Positions 1-12,963 of a stretch of DNA of 64,000 nucleotides are shown piece by piece (the stretch's first letter is position 1; each line of letters begins with the position of its first letter). The stretch is from NCBI GenBank assembly GCA_000320545.1, contig ADNK01000023.1, forward strand, positions 62,001-126,000. The letters are read 5' to 3'. The stretch is from Bigelowiella natans CCMP2755 (Eukaryota; Protista; Cercozoa). Position numbers and translations under genes: made by a program. The notes under the pieces were generated by a model that searched no databases, was not told where the DNA came from, and saw nothing but the letters and a program-made list of their open reading frames with translations.

Positions 1-1248
1 GCCGTCATGGACGATGCCATCGCTCCAATGTCTTCTTCGGACACGTCACCTGGCGAATCCGACGAAGCCTGTACGTTTACTTCTCGGCTTTGGTACACGC
101 AGTTGAACTTGCTGCAGAACTCTGTTCGTAGGCCTGAAGCGGTTGTAATGATAGCGCTAGGATACAACCCCATTTTCTGCAGCAAAAGGGAAGATCCGTC
201 CTCAAACCTTGTAAGAAGCTGAGATTTCGAAGCTTCTGGTGACATCCCCCTCGTTGGAGAAACTGTTAAAACACTTCCGTCCTTTTCTAAGAAGAGCATC
301 CTTGACTTCTCGGGGCATTTAAAGCCAGATTCCACCATGCCTAGCATGCCCTGATCAGCAGGGAAAAAGAGGGTCTCTTCGCGCTCAAGATTGCTGTATT
401 GAGGGGGAATGTCGTATGAAAACTTTGGCTTTGGTCCGATTCGGTGAGCGTTCGGTGGCAGATGGGACATCTTCACGTTATTGGCATAGAGGAATTTGCG
501 ATATTTCCTGTTCCTCTTTCGGAGCATGGGTGTGTGCTTGTGGCAAGCGACCAAAACGGTGTCATCTCGGGGAGAATATCTCCAGCATGTCCGCGTAGCT
601 CCACACATAGACTTTGAGGCCTTTAAGAGAACTTGTAGCATCGCCTCTTTGCTTAATTCCTCGACGTAAACACGAGAAGCAATGTCCCAGTCCCTCCTCT
701 CTTTTCCGAGCTCGAGTTGGTCTTGCTTCTCCCAGACTCTCTCTATCGTCCTAACAAGACTCGTAAACTGCTCGCTTCGAAAGGCGCGGTCAATCATCTC
801 CAGAGGGAATTTGGAGCTGCTAGGAGTGCTGTTGAAAAGCTGGCTACGCATCACACCACGCTCGGCTTCAGTGAGAGGCTTCGAAGGAAAGGGGCGGGCT
901 CCCAAGGCACCTAGTGGCCACAGGTTTATCATCATTGACAGTTCTTTCTCACTCATGCTGTGCACTGGATATCCGGCCAAGTCATGAATCTTGAGCAGGG
1001 ACTGCTTCGTCGCTGCCACCGCCGCCTCATCCCACACTTTCCTCTTTTCATTCAGCATAGCAGCAGCCGCAAGCCATCCCAACGTGTGAGCCTCTTCAAC
1101 CATTACGGGGTTTTCATTTTCTTTCGTGATGACAGGGTTGGTCTGCAACCCTCTAAGCTCCGACATTGCCTCATCGAAGTAAGCATTCAACTGCTCCATC
1201 TGTATAAATTTGTGTACATGAAGATGTTTTGAATTATAAAAATATAAA

Positions 1249-1286
<38 letters not shown>

Positions 1287-1301
1287 TAAATATATAAAGA
1301 G

Positions 1302-1348
<47 letters not shown>

Positions 1349-3405
1349 TAACATACACCATATACTAATATTTGGTTCTGAACATAATAAAACATAACAA
1401 TGTTCTCTTGTGAGAAAAATGAGTTCCAAAGGAACCTGGGCATTGTCGCATTCTTGAACTGCTTTGCTGACACCGCCGCCATTGTCAATGCAATTAGCTG
1501 CCACTTGTTCAACTAGGCAATGCAGTATTATCGGGACTGTTGTGCACTCCTCCGGAATCACGGCCTGAGAAAACAACATCACCAAAAACAGAAAGGAGAC
1601 TCATATTAGGGACGATGCTCCTCATTCACGAGGGTAGTATGTGCTCGATATTCAGATTCGCGCAAATATACCAGTCTTGATTTGTACAGTGCGAGTTCAT
1701 CTTCTACTGGCGGCTGAGACTCATTTTTCTTTTCCTCCTCTTCCTTTTGCCCCTCGTCCTCCTTTTTCTCTTCCTCCGGTGCAGCATCATCTCCTCCATC
1801 TTTCTTCTCTTCCTCTTCATTTTTGGCTGCCTCCTCCACTGGGTAGGCATCCCAATCTTCTTTCACTTCCCTGCACTCGAAACGCATCTCTTTTCCTGAT
1901 AACGAAACTTCCTGGGAAATTTCGAACAAATGTATTAGGATTAGGCCTCCAACCTATTATGTGTAATAATATGTTTCATGTTAATAAATGTCATGGAAGC
2001 AGACCTGGACACCACTCCTCCATTCACGAAAATCTGTGATATCAGTATGTGCTTGCTCTAGTTTCTGGGCTACTGCTTTGCACATTGCTTCAACATCCTC
2101 GCTTTGTTCTTTGCTAAGATCTATGTGAAGAAATTGTGCATCTTCGAGGACGCCCTCCACCCCTTGTAACGCCAAGAGCTTCCCGACTGTGCTCTCTGTT
2201 TTTTCTTTGTTTTCCTCTTTGCCATCTTCCTTCTCTTCTGAGTTTGCCGATGATCCCAAACGGATTTCGAGTCCTATGTCCAGTTCGGCAACTACCTTGG
2301 TTTCAACACTTGCCTCTTCTTCTCCAGATTTCTCTGTAAACCCATCCATCATGACTTTTGCGTCCTCGAGAGTTTCCACGATTCCGACACAAAAAATGTA
2401 GAATGGATACGAAGCCTCCAACGCTGGAGTATTTTTTGCTTCTTCTTTTTCTACGTTGTCCTTTCCCTCTTCCGGCGCGTCATCCTTTTGCTCCTCCTTT
2501 TTCTCCTCAGCTTCCTCTGCGGCTGGAGCTGCCATTGATGCCGCAAATTCCTGTTTGCCAATGTACGACAACTCAGCGGATACTAAGAATTAATTTTCTT
2601 TCTTTATGTGCCTTACCGCTGCTCGTTTCTTTGCTTCTTCATTCACACGGGTAACCAACTTCGATACATTGTCGGACGTTAGCGCACCACCCTAGGATTA
2701 GTTAGAAATTGGAAAGTTACGGTCGTGAATTTGTACGTGTATTCATGTAGGACGTGTACACATGAAGGGAATATTACAAATTGCGCTCATATCTATGAAG
2801 TTCCTAGTATTAAGTAGGCCTCCAAAAAGTGTCGTTGACCGAATCAGTACCTTTGAAATGTCTCCCGCGGCTATTTTTAAGAAGTTTTTTTCCGGCCGGG
2901 AAGTTAGAGAGTCGATAATCTTGGGCACATTTTCACTCAACTGATAGATTCGAGAATTAAAGTTCAATAGATACTTCTATATCAAACTCAACATAAACTT
3001 TGTTTAAGGGAAGGGGGATGAAGGAATACGTAAGCAAAAAATTTGCAATTTTTCCGACAGCTCAGCGACTGTTTCAGTTTCACACGGCAGTCGTTGCATT
3101 ACTACCTGGCCACTCGCATCAAGGACAATGTACCGAGGGATAAACTGCGTACTAGGGGCAGTAACCGATTCCCCTCCCTCCTGTCACATGAGAAAAATAA
3201 CATCAGCAAATTTGTCCTATCTAAAATTTGAACATGTACATGTTTGAGCCTCGTAACGAGGCTCTATGTCGTCAGTGGCATCTCGTACCAATGTCGAACT
3301 AGGTTCGAGTTATATTGGAGTTTATGATTCCATTCAAATGTCAAATGAAATTAGGACGAGCTTCAACGGGCGTGCGAAAGGGGGGGGGGAACGAACCTCA
3401 GCCAT
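1..3405 (-). CDS. SPAG17: SPAG17/PF6-like axonemal central-pair projection protein; multi-exon, 3' part runs off the left edge
   Basis: Spliced minus-strand exons (ORFs 1981-2571, 1606-1929, 1187-1585 and an open frame over 1-~1200) give IPEECTTVPIILHCLVEQVAA, YVEELSKEAMLQVLLKA..WRYSPRDDTVLVACH and EETLFFPADQG..LFLEKDG. These resemble, in order, conserved SPAG17/PF6 blocks as I recall them. The putative start is a micro-exon ATGGCTGAG|gt at 3405-3397. Confidence 0.72.
1252..1345. repeat. Intronic compound microsatellite (TA)n + (GA)n
   Basis: Directly visible runs inside an intron of the SPAG17-like gene. Confidence 0.95.
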
Positions 3406-4230
3406 GACAGTTTCACGTTTTCAGATTCACGCGATACGAATGGAAACGGCTGTATAATTATCGAATCCCAGGGATTGAGTAAAATAACGAAAACTGTAAT
3501 AAAATTCATACCTGCGACAATAAATTAACATCGGAAGCTGGTACTCCTTTAGAGCACGAAGATTAACCGATTGCGTCTTGCGTTTTTCACAAAAAATGCT
3601 TAATATGGATAGCAGGGAAATCTTAGGATCTGCGTCAAGGAAAAAATCATGACGCAGGATCAAAATCAATGGGGTTTTGTGACTATTAAATCAAGCTGGA
3701 TTTGGAATGTTGATGAATGATGCTTTCGAGTTGAAACGCCAAGCACCTTCTCCTGTCAGATAGAGGGAGCAGGCTGGGGACCTGTAGATGAGATACCACC
3801 AGAGAAGGATTTCATTCGAAAATCAAAATTAATAAGATAAGATCATTGCAAGAAGTGAAAGGGAGTTGAATTCGAGGGATTCGATTGGCTGTGCGGGCTG
3901 AGTGAGCAATGCATTCTGGATTACTTCCTAGCTCCCCAGATGGTATGACCGATTTTGAAACTATTTGTAATTTAACGCATCCTCAATCAATAACTACCAT
4001 GGTTCCGCAGATCTTACTACCCAGATCCACTGGCATGGATTCGAGGTGCAACTTCCCATAGGAAGGTCATTACTAGTATCACTCCATTTTTCTTAAATTG
4101 CCTTCTAGATTACCTTTGCTTCACAGTTTTGGGTGACACTTATTTGCAGGTTGGGAAGGCTCACTTATCATCGGATGCGCGACATCGAGTTTCTCAAATC
4201 TTTGGTTCCAAAAAGGAAAAATTTTGGTAG

Positions 4231-6043
4231 AAGTTAATTATTTGGAATGATAATGGGTCAACGAGAGATTTGACAATGAACTCTGAGATACAACTATTTG
4301 CTTCGGCAGTACTAGGAGAGGCTCGTAAGTGGAAGAGAGAACTCATGGTCATTAAATTGAAAGAAGAATGGCGTACAGGTTTGAAATCGAGCATACAATA
4401 TTCCTAAGAAAGCGGTTAAATGGGTTGGCCTAAATATATTCCTTACAGGCCAAGAAGATCAAATTTTAGAAATACTATATGATACCCCATTTGTCAACTC
4501 CTCCCAAAATCCGGTGGACAAAGACGATAGATATCAAGAGATATTAAACTACGAAAGAACGATCGACGCCATCACGCAACCGAGAGGGTTCCGTCGTCCA
4601 ATCGTCGGAAATGTTAGGTAATATCTTCAATATCCACACACACCCTTTCTAAAGCCAATTTAATGAATCAGGGCTGCTCCTGAGAAGAAGAAAAACAAGA
4701 AAAAGAATAGAGTGACTGTAGCTTCATTTCCAAAGCTGGGCACAATGAATTTAGTACGGCAGAATAACTCCATAGCATGCGTCGAGGCCTTGGAAGAAGA
4801 GGTCAACGAATTCCGTCGCGTTTTAAGAAATGGCAAACGTTCTGGGAAGAACTGCTTTGGATCACTGGTGAATATGGTCGAGACATCAAGGCATATATTT
4901 TGTCAGCATTTGCGAACCGTGTGTAAGGAGATTGATGCCAAACAAAAGGCGATGAAAAAAGGCCATGCAAAACAGCTCCGAAGAATAGCAGCGAACGGCA
5001 TAGCAACAAAGCTCGGTGCCTTAAAGGCTCATGGAATGGCAAGGATGATTCAGGGGTGGTATAGGAAAGCTAGACGGCGGAAATGTTTTAAAGCTGGGCT
5101 GGAGAAACTAAGGAACTTAAACTCCTTTTGCAGGCGACATGTGGCACAGTACCGGCTACGCAGAGCCGTGCTTCTTTGCCAAAGCCACTTCAAGACGTTA
5201 CTCACCCATATGGAATTCAGAGACAGGCGCTGTGCGTACAGGGTAGATCGAATGACTCGTCGCAACTCTGTATGTCGGATTATCAGATGGTATAGGTTTT
5301 ATCGACTGTTGAGGATATCTCACAAAAGGTGGACCAAGGGAGCAGCAGCAGCAGCAGCAGCCAAAAATAAAAAATATTGGACCGGCATTGCTTCTGAAAA
5401 GAAAAACCGGATCGTCGTAATACAATGCCAATGGAGATGTAAGCTCGCACGTAAATGTTTCTTTTGGAAGAGGCAGTTTTGGAAACTACGCCTCTTGAGA
5501 AAACAAAAGAACTTATGGAAGTCAGTTAGAAGGCTCAAGATGGTGCGAGACACAGAGGAAAGTATGGTGCTGACCAAATTCTATGTATCCAGAGAGCAGG
5601 AGAAAGCCGATAGAGAGATAGAGCAAGAACATAAGAGATTTGCAATTGAATGGAAAGAATCGAAAATGAAGGCACAGATGTCTATTGAAGCTCCTCGAAA
5701 ACTTCCGAAGGGATGGAAATATGAGATAGACACAGTAACGAATCAGGAGATGTATGTGCACAAAAAAAGTGGCAAGAGCCAGTTGGAGCATCCTCATGTG
5801 ACAAAATTGAAGTTAAAACTAAGCAGGAAGATGGTTGAAGCACAACGGAAGTTGAATCAGAAGCTGGGGGAAATTGCATCATTTTGCCTAAGATTGAAAA
5901 ATGGACAGGGAGTTAAATTAAAGGCACTTGAATCGGAAAAATGGAATATTATTCATTCGGTTCTCAATGCTGAAAGAATTGAGCTGAAGCGCACATCCTT
6001 AGCATTAAACGTCGACGGAACCATAAATGAACAAAATAGGTAA
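4231..6043 (+). CDS. IQ-motif and WW-domain protein (probable calmodulin-binding); multi-exon, true start further upstream (~3.9-4.2 kb)
   Basis: ORF 4712-6043 has IQ-like motifs (ARMIQGWYRKARRRK, IVVIQCQWRCKLARK), a WW domain (LPKGWKYEIDTVTNQEMYVHKKSGKSQLEHP) and coiled coil. The frame extends upstream through GT-AG introns (~4379-4448, ~4618-4670). Confidence 0.7.
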
Positions 6044-6491
6044 CATCAATGTACTGTTTGTATTTTACTCCGAAGCTGAACACAGACAAGCAATCACAGG
6101 CAAATTTGATTTCGTGTGGCAACAGCTTCCTTTAGTAAAATTTATTAATATATATTTATACATATATTTAGCTTATACATGCGCACTGTGCCTAGCATAA
6201 CCACATCAGCAATGTATGCATATATGACTGCAAGAATGACCCACATAGCTTTCCCAATCAAGAAGCGAACATGCCGCTACATGCAGCGCTCATCTGCCTA
6301 ATGCACACGCGCGTGGATTCGTAGAATGAATGAAACCAATTAAAGTTTGCGCAATACACAGTAAGATTGTCGCTAGCAGCAGCAATGAGCAATCAAATTC
6401 AATTCATTCGCGTTGAAATTTTTGACTTGAGTGATCCATACGCCATCATGCAGGCAGGTTTCACGCTGCTACTAAATAGATTTGAAAAATT

Positions 6492-7400
6492 TCACTCTTC
6501 CTCAGCAAGGTTCACATCTTCAGGATGTGGGTGCGAATGAAAGGCCACCTCGTTCAGAAAAAGTTCTGCATACTTTCTAGCCTTCATAAATCTGTTTTCA
6601 AATGCTGTCTGGTTCTTCTTTATACGCTCCTCTTTCTCTGAAATAAGGAATTGACACATAGTACAGAATTTGTAAAATTGCTGTTAACACTGCAGCAGAG
6701 ATGCGTTATTATCAGACACCTATGCATCTGTGGACAGAATGAAAAAAAAATAGCTTTCTCCCAATACCGGTTAGTTTTGCCTCAGCTTCTTCTAGTTTTT
6801 TGTTCTTCTCTTGGAACTGCACTTTGCTTCGTTTGAACTCCTTTCGTTGATCTTCTAACTTCTTCTGAGCTTCCTTCAATTTCCTCGTTCCTTCCCTTAT
6901 TTTCTTCTCAGCCTCCCTGTGCTTCTTTTCCGTATCTGCAAAGGCTTCTTGCTTCTTCTGATACTTAGAAAGCTCTCTTTCCATTTTCTCGACATCGGCT
7001 TTATTTTTAGCGATATATGCTGTTTTCTCAAGCTCAAACTGGTCTCTTGTCAACATGGCTTCTTTGAGGCCCTTCAGCTGCTTTTTGTGGGATTTCCGCA
7101 GGGTCTCCTTTTCACGGTTTGCTGCAGTCAGCTTCTGCTTTAATTCCAGGTTCTCTTGGTCGAGCTTTTTAAGTCTTTGAATCCACGTTTCCATCTGAGG
7201 AAAGAAGTGTTGTATGTTTGTTGTGGGGCGTTGACCATGACGACAGTGTTCGTGTGTGCTTGTGCTTTTTTTGGATAAGCATCGATCCATTTTGATGACG
7301 CGAAGAAATAAAGAAACAAAGAAATAAAGAAACAAAGAAAGAAGGAAAGAAGGAAAGAAGGAAAGAAGGAAAGAATCATAGCAAATATTGTTTGTGTGTA

Positions 7401-7455
<55 letters not shown>

Positions 7456-10275
7456 AGAAAGAAAAGAGAGAAAGAGATATCGGGACAACTTCTTCATGAA
7501 ATACCCTCCCCCAACATCTTTCCCTACACCTTCGGAATTTCGTCATCATCATTATCATCATCATATCATCCAAGCACATACTTGATCGATATACTCGTTG
7601 ACATTTCTGGACTCCATGTTGCCCTGATCATTGCTCTGAAAGAGTGACTTGCGCGGTAGAGGAGTAGCTGCTTCGAATGTATCCTCAACAGCATCTGTAT
7701 GACGAGAAGAAGAGACGATTCCCTCTTCTTGATCGTCGCAGATGATCATTTCTCCTCCTTCTCCCGCCATCTTCGTGTCAACATCCTTGTCCCCCACCAC
7801 CCCCGCCTTAATGGCAGCTGAAGCCCTCTTTCCTTTCCTTCCAGGTGTGATGACACTATTCTTGCTTTTCTTCTTTTTCTTGGTTTGGGAGCTGGGGGCT
7901 AGTTTGCGGCGCACATGTCGATTGCGTCTTGGAGAGGAGAAAGATCCTGCCACCTCAGAGCTGGTAGCATTAGAAGAAGTAGTAGTAGTAGTAGTAGCAC
8001 CACCACTCGTCGCTTCTTCGAGCTCCTTGTTCTGGCTCTTCATAGCGTCGCTAGTCGCCTTCCCAGATTCCTCCTCCTCCTCCTCCTCCTCCTCCTCCTT
8101 CTTCTCGTCCTCCTTTCCAGCTGCTGCTGTTTTGTCGACAATGCTGTCCGAAAGATGATCATGGCCGTCTGCTTCCTCACGCTTGCGCTGAAATAAGAGT
8201 AATAGTCGTCCACATAAGTCACCGAAGAAGCGGAATTAATAACACGCACAAAGATGCAGAGTCATCATCAACGTTGTTGTGGTGTGCGTGTGAGAGAAAG
8301 AGATAGAGAGAGAGAGAGAGAAAGAGATAGAGAGAGAGATCTTATACGCATAGGTACAACACAAGAGAATGTTGCCGCTCCTCCTTCAACTGGTGGTAGA
8401 TAGCATAACCCACTTTATTCTGGCGAGGGGACTTCCGGCGCGTGCTACGAGATCTCGATTTGTCGACAGATAAATGCTCCCCTCCCTTGTGTACAAGCAT
8501 GAGTAGTCACAACATTGGTTACCATGATGACGAAATAATAGCACAAGAAGAGCAACAAATACATTTTATTTTTCGCATGTACTAAAGCTGCTAGCTGTCA
8601 GTCGGCATCATACACTACCTTGCGGTCAGCCATATTTGTCTTCTTCTGGCCTTTGTGTGCGGCATTTGGTGAGGCAGGACCGTTCTCTTGCGGCATGACT
8701 CCTGATGATGGCTGCTTTGCCTTCCCTCCCTTCTTCTGCCTCTTCTTCCGGCCACCATCGTCCTTTACCTTCATGTTGGTAGGTGTTGCAAAAGACTCTC
8801 CTCCTCGTCCTTTTTGCTGCTTCTTTTGTGACTGTGGCGTTGACGAAGGAGATGATGATGATGACTCCTTCCTTTGAATCCGGCTGCTGCTGCGTCGCTT
8901 CGGTGTTGGGATTGACGAGGTCGCTTGCTTCTCCACGGATTTGGTACTCGCGATGATCGTGGGGGTGGAAGGAGGACCAGCAATACCAGTCGAACTGATG
9001 ACCTCGATACCTTTCTGGGGCTAGTAGAGAGAGAGTGGGGGGTTGGGGGGGGAGGGAAGTGGGGAGGGGGTGATAAAAATACAGTCATATGCAGCAGCAC
9101 CAAAAGTACCTCATTCAAATAGTACCGTATCTTCCGAGTCCACGTCTTGCTGATTCTTACTTCTTCTTTCCCTTGCCTCCTTTGGGCTTAATTTCCTGCA
9201 AGACCTTAGGTGTCCTCCAATCGCATATTTGCTCTGAAAATGCTTTCCGCAGATGGGACACGTAGCTCCCGATTTGGTAGCCCTATAGTCAGTTGTGATT
9301 ATTTTATACTTGAAATCGGCGCCTAACAAACAACAGAGAGACACCCGTCATCATCTTCATATCCGTGTGTATACGTGCTTGTTTTCGCCCACGTTATTAT
9401 GAGCGTTGGGGCGAATTTCAGACAAATAGAACATCAGCCGCTTGCCTTGCTTGTTGTTACCTTTAACTAACCCCATGAATAAGCTTTCCTCTCCAGACGG
9501 TTTCAGTTTTAAATCTGCATACCATGCCAGGTTTCCATTGAGAAAGAGTTTACATCTGATACCTCTTTTACCTGAGAAAAAAGGCATGACATTTAGATGG
9601 AGATATAGCCAGAAACAAGTTTAGTTTCGATGATTCCGTAGTGGCTGTTAAGATGGAGCTGGTACCGCAAGGAGAACTGACTGGATATGTACTGACTGGA
9701 TATGTCGTGAAGTTGACGTCTGAGCACCTAAATGTTATTTCAAAGGGATATCATTGCGAATTCTCCGACTTTTCCTTTCTGGGAATGACACCTAAATCCC
9801 CAATCGAATCTCTCGAGTTTGTTGCCAGTTTCAACGCGGCCGTCCCCTTCTACTTTCAGCGTACCTTAATCACGAAATTGCGATGTCGATCAATCATTTA
9901 TACCCTATTTTTTGACAAAAACTGCCTTACCGTCTTGCAAACCATCAATTCCAAAGCACACTCCTGAACCTCGCACACCGACCTTCAAGGACAGTTCCAG
10001 CCTGATAGCCAATTAGACATCTCAATCTTCTAGAATAATACATTTCTATCGCTATCTTTCCAATCATTTATTTTTATCGGTAGAAGGCAATCATATGTGC
10101 ACTACACCAATTCGGTGCACGGATGATACCTCTTATTGAAGAGGTCGGCGTTGGTAAAAGTGAGGAATTCTTGCCTCCCTGGCCGGATCGATGTGCTGAC
10201 ATGTTTCCAACTGTCTTTCAATGGACGCACCTGCACTTTCGCCCGCTTAAAATCTAATTTTAATCCATCTCCCAT
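6492..10275 (-). CDS. Hypothetical multi-exon protein with one C2H2-type zinc finger, low-complexity basic/acidic linkers and a C-terminal coiled coil
   Basis: ATG at 10275 (MGDGLKLDFKRAKVQ...). ORF 9111-9344 has CPICGKHFQSKYAIGGHLRSC. Further exons lie in ORFs 8598-8936, 7561-8043 and 6712-7497 (coiled coil). The last exon ends ..EDVNLAEEE* at 6492. It could be two genes. Confidence 0.55.
7393..7476. repeat. Intronic compound microsatellite (TG)n(AG)n, preceded by degenerate (GAAA/GAAG)n at ~7300-7375
   Basis: Directly visible. Confidence 0.95.
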
Positions 10276-10908
10276 TTTGGTGGTTCTAAGGAAATGTGGA
10301 GGTTACGATTTGTTCTTTCTGCGGATCGTCGGGGGGTGGACAGATAGGTTTTGGCGGGAAGCTGGTCGGCGACGCGGGAAATCTAGAAGCAGGGAATTCA
10401 CAGTGAAAGACTTAGCAGCGACAGGCATTTTTGTGCGAAACATAGGTGATTTTCCTGTTCTCCATTTAAGAATGTAGATTTTTAGGTAAATATATGCCCT
10501 TTTCCTGCGTTTACAACCATCGATCATCACTCCTGGATTTCCCACGTGTGCTGGCAAAAATCTAGGAAATATGAGGGGCTCTTGTCTAAAAATGACACCC
10601 CTCGCTTCGCTGTGTAGATCTACTACTAGATCTACATGTTCGAGTACGAGGGACGATGCTCGCAGAATGCAAAAACGCAAACAAAAATAGTGTGTCGCAC
10701 TCGTTGGATTCCCTACAAGTTCACAATACGAGAAGCTCTCCGAATGACGATTTGGGAACCGAATGCAAGTCGCTTTGTAAAAACGGAATGTGTTTCGTTT
10801 CTAAGAAAACCAACAATTTCTTCGAATTGCTAGTGCTGCTTTTTGTGCTCTTTCTTTTTGCGGCAGCGTTGTGTTGCTAGCTTCCCGTTCCAAAGTCGAA
10901 ACACAGGA
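10276..10908. promoter_or_regulatory. Putative bidirectional promoter containing tandem TAGATCTA palindromes (10615-10622, 10627-10634)
   Basis: A 633-bp spacer between divergent start codons. The motif pair is visible; the function is inferred. Confidence 0.4.
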
Positions 10909-12910
10909 ATGATTAATGGGCAGGAGGAAGGAGCTGCGGTTGGTGATGGGGTCGACCCAGTGAAACGAAACGCCGAATCGGATAGGGAGGTAAAAATAAT
11001 GTGCTATGTCCAACAACGAGAAGACAACTTTCAACATTGAACATTGAACATTGAATTGTGAGACGCATCGGAACTTTCTGGCGGTAAAATATAATTTGAT
11101 CTTGTAGGACGGAAAAAGTCAGCCTGAAGACGAGAAAGAGATAAGCATCATAAGTCAGGGACTAAGATTTGGTTCTGAAACTGATGAAGCGGCTTTTACC
11201 CTTCTTGCCTCTGGTGCGTACGACCTGTACTATAAGAAAAGATGTCCATGTTTACATTTTATACTATTCTAGCTGCCGCGGGAGATATCTTGGAGGATGA
11301 GTCCAAGAACGGTGTTTCTGTGAATACCAACATTTTGAGAAGTGGGGGCGTAGTCGAAGAGCAACATCAAATAAAAAACAATTCAAAAAATGAGGATTCT
11401 AAAGCTGAAGAAGGCCTCACCATTCAAACTGTCCCTTTGGGAGAGCGTAGAGGAACTTCCTCGATGATTGAACTTTTGGAAGACTCTGACGAAGAGTATC
11501 ATGAACCTAAAAATGAAGTGTGGGGGGTTCCACCATGGGGTGAGCCGTCCTTCACTGAAACTGAAGAACTTAACGTTTCTACTTCTGTTGTTGTGGAAAA
11601 TGAAAGTGATATTGATGGAGGAGATGAAATTAATGTGAAAGAGTCGCCGAAAGTAATTTTCTCATTTTAAGATGTTTATTGTTTCGTTGCCTAAGAATTC
11701 TATATAATGTGTATAGGTCCTTCAAGAAGCGGCAAACAATGGCGATTCGACCGGTGGCGATATTTCGTTGTCGAAAAATACCAAGATGGAAAATAACGTC
11801 AATTATGAACCTAACGAGAAGCTGCAAAATTTGGCAGAAGTTGTTTTCAGTTTGGCGAAGAAGGCTAATCGTCGAGGGAGTGGAATGTTTGCAATGTAAA
11901 CCAATGGCAATTGTTTTGAATAGAGATCGGATCTGATGAATCAAATGTGTTAGGTATTACAAATTTAGTGAAAATGGGAAACGAATCACTCTTGAGAGTT
12001 TCAAGCGCGGATTGCATGATCTTTCTATTCATATGAATGACGAGGACATTGGCAATATCTTTGAGCAATATGCAGTACTTGGTGTCATCAGGTCTACAAA
12101 TTACCCACCATGTCCATCTCTCATTTATATCGTTTAACATTTGCAATATTTAATTCTAAACATTTCAGCTACGCTAGTTTCGTCCGCATGTTAAGCATGG
12201 TACAGCAAAGCTACGACGTTGAGTTTACAGATTCTGAGAAGAAGTCTGAAACGCCTGCTGAGGTTCAGGAAAAATCAAAAGACGACAGAGGAAAAATAAA
12301 GGTGTCTAGACTTTCTATCGAGTCTGAACTGGAGCCGATTTCATGCACATTTTTTTTTGAGCGCTTCCATTGTACAAGAGGGTATACTTCATCGCCTCTT
12401 AAAATTTACATTGTCATTGCATAGGACAACGCCGATTCGTACAATAAAAATGAGCCTAAACTCCTGGAAGAGGGAGAGGTAATTAGCTGGCAAAATATTA
12501 TGCTGAAATCTCACCGTGACATAATGTGCAGAGCAACTTTCATGAAGATATCGATGATGAGGAAGGTGAGGTACCTTTTAAGACGGACAACCAGCTAAAT
12601 GATGGAGACTGTGACGCTGAAACTGATCTAAATGCGGTACGTAGAAAGGATCGAAGTGATGCCAACATGAAATCTCATTACACCTATATTTTCTACAGAG
12701 TCCACACACAGCAGCGATGAGGGGCAGCGGCAATCTAGAAGGGGCGGAGGGAAACCTTTTACCGAGTCCATTACAAGATAAATCTGACGTGGCCATGCTA
12801 GGACATCCGAATACGCTTGAAGCACTCAGTATAAGTAATTGAGACACCTGAAAGAAGTAGTAAAACGGCGTGAAACTTTCACCCATTGACAGATGTTTCC
12901 TCCCTCTATT

Positions 12911-12963
<53 letters not shown>

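Noticed and set aside
9677-9706. 15-bp direct duplication actgactggatatgt; similar small duplications at ~11033 and ~32743
   Set aside because: Two to three copies only, consistent with local slippage; no array structure.
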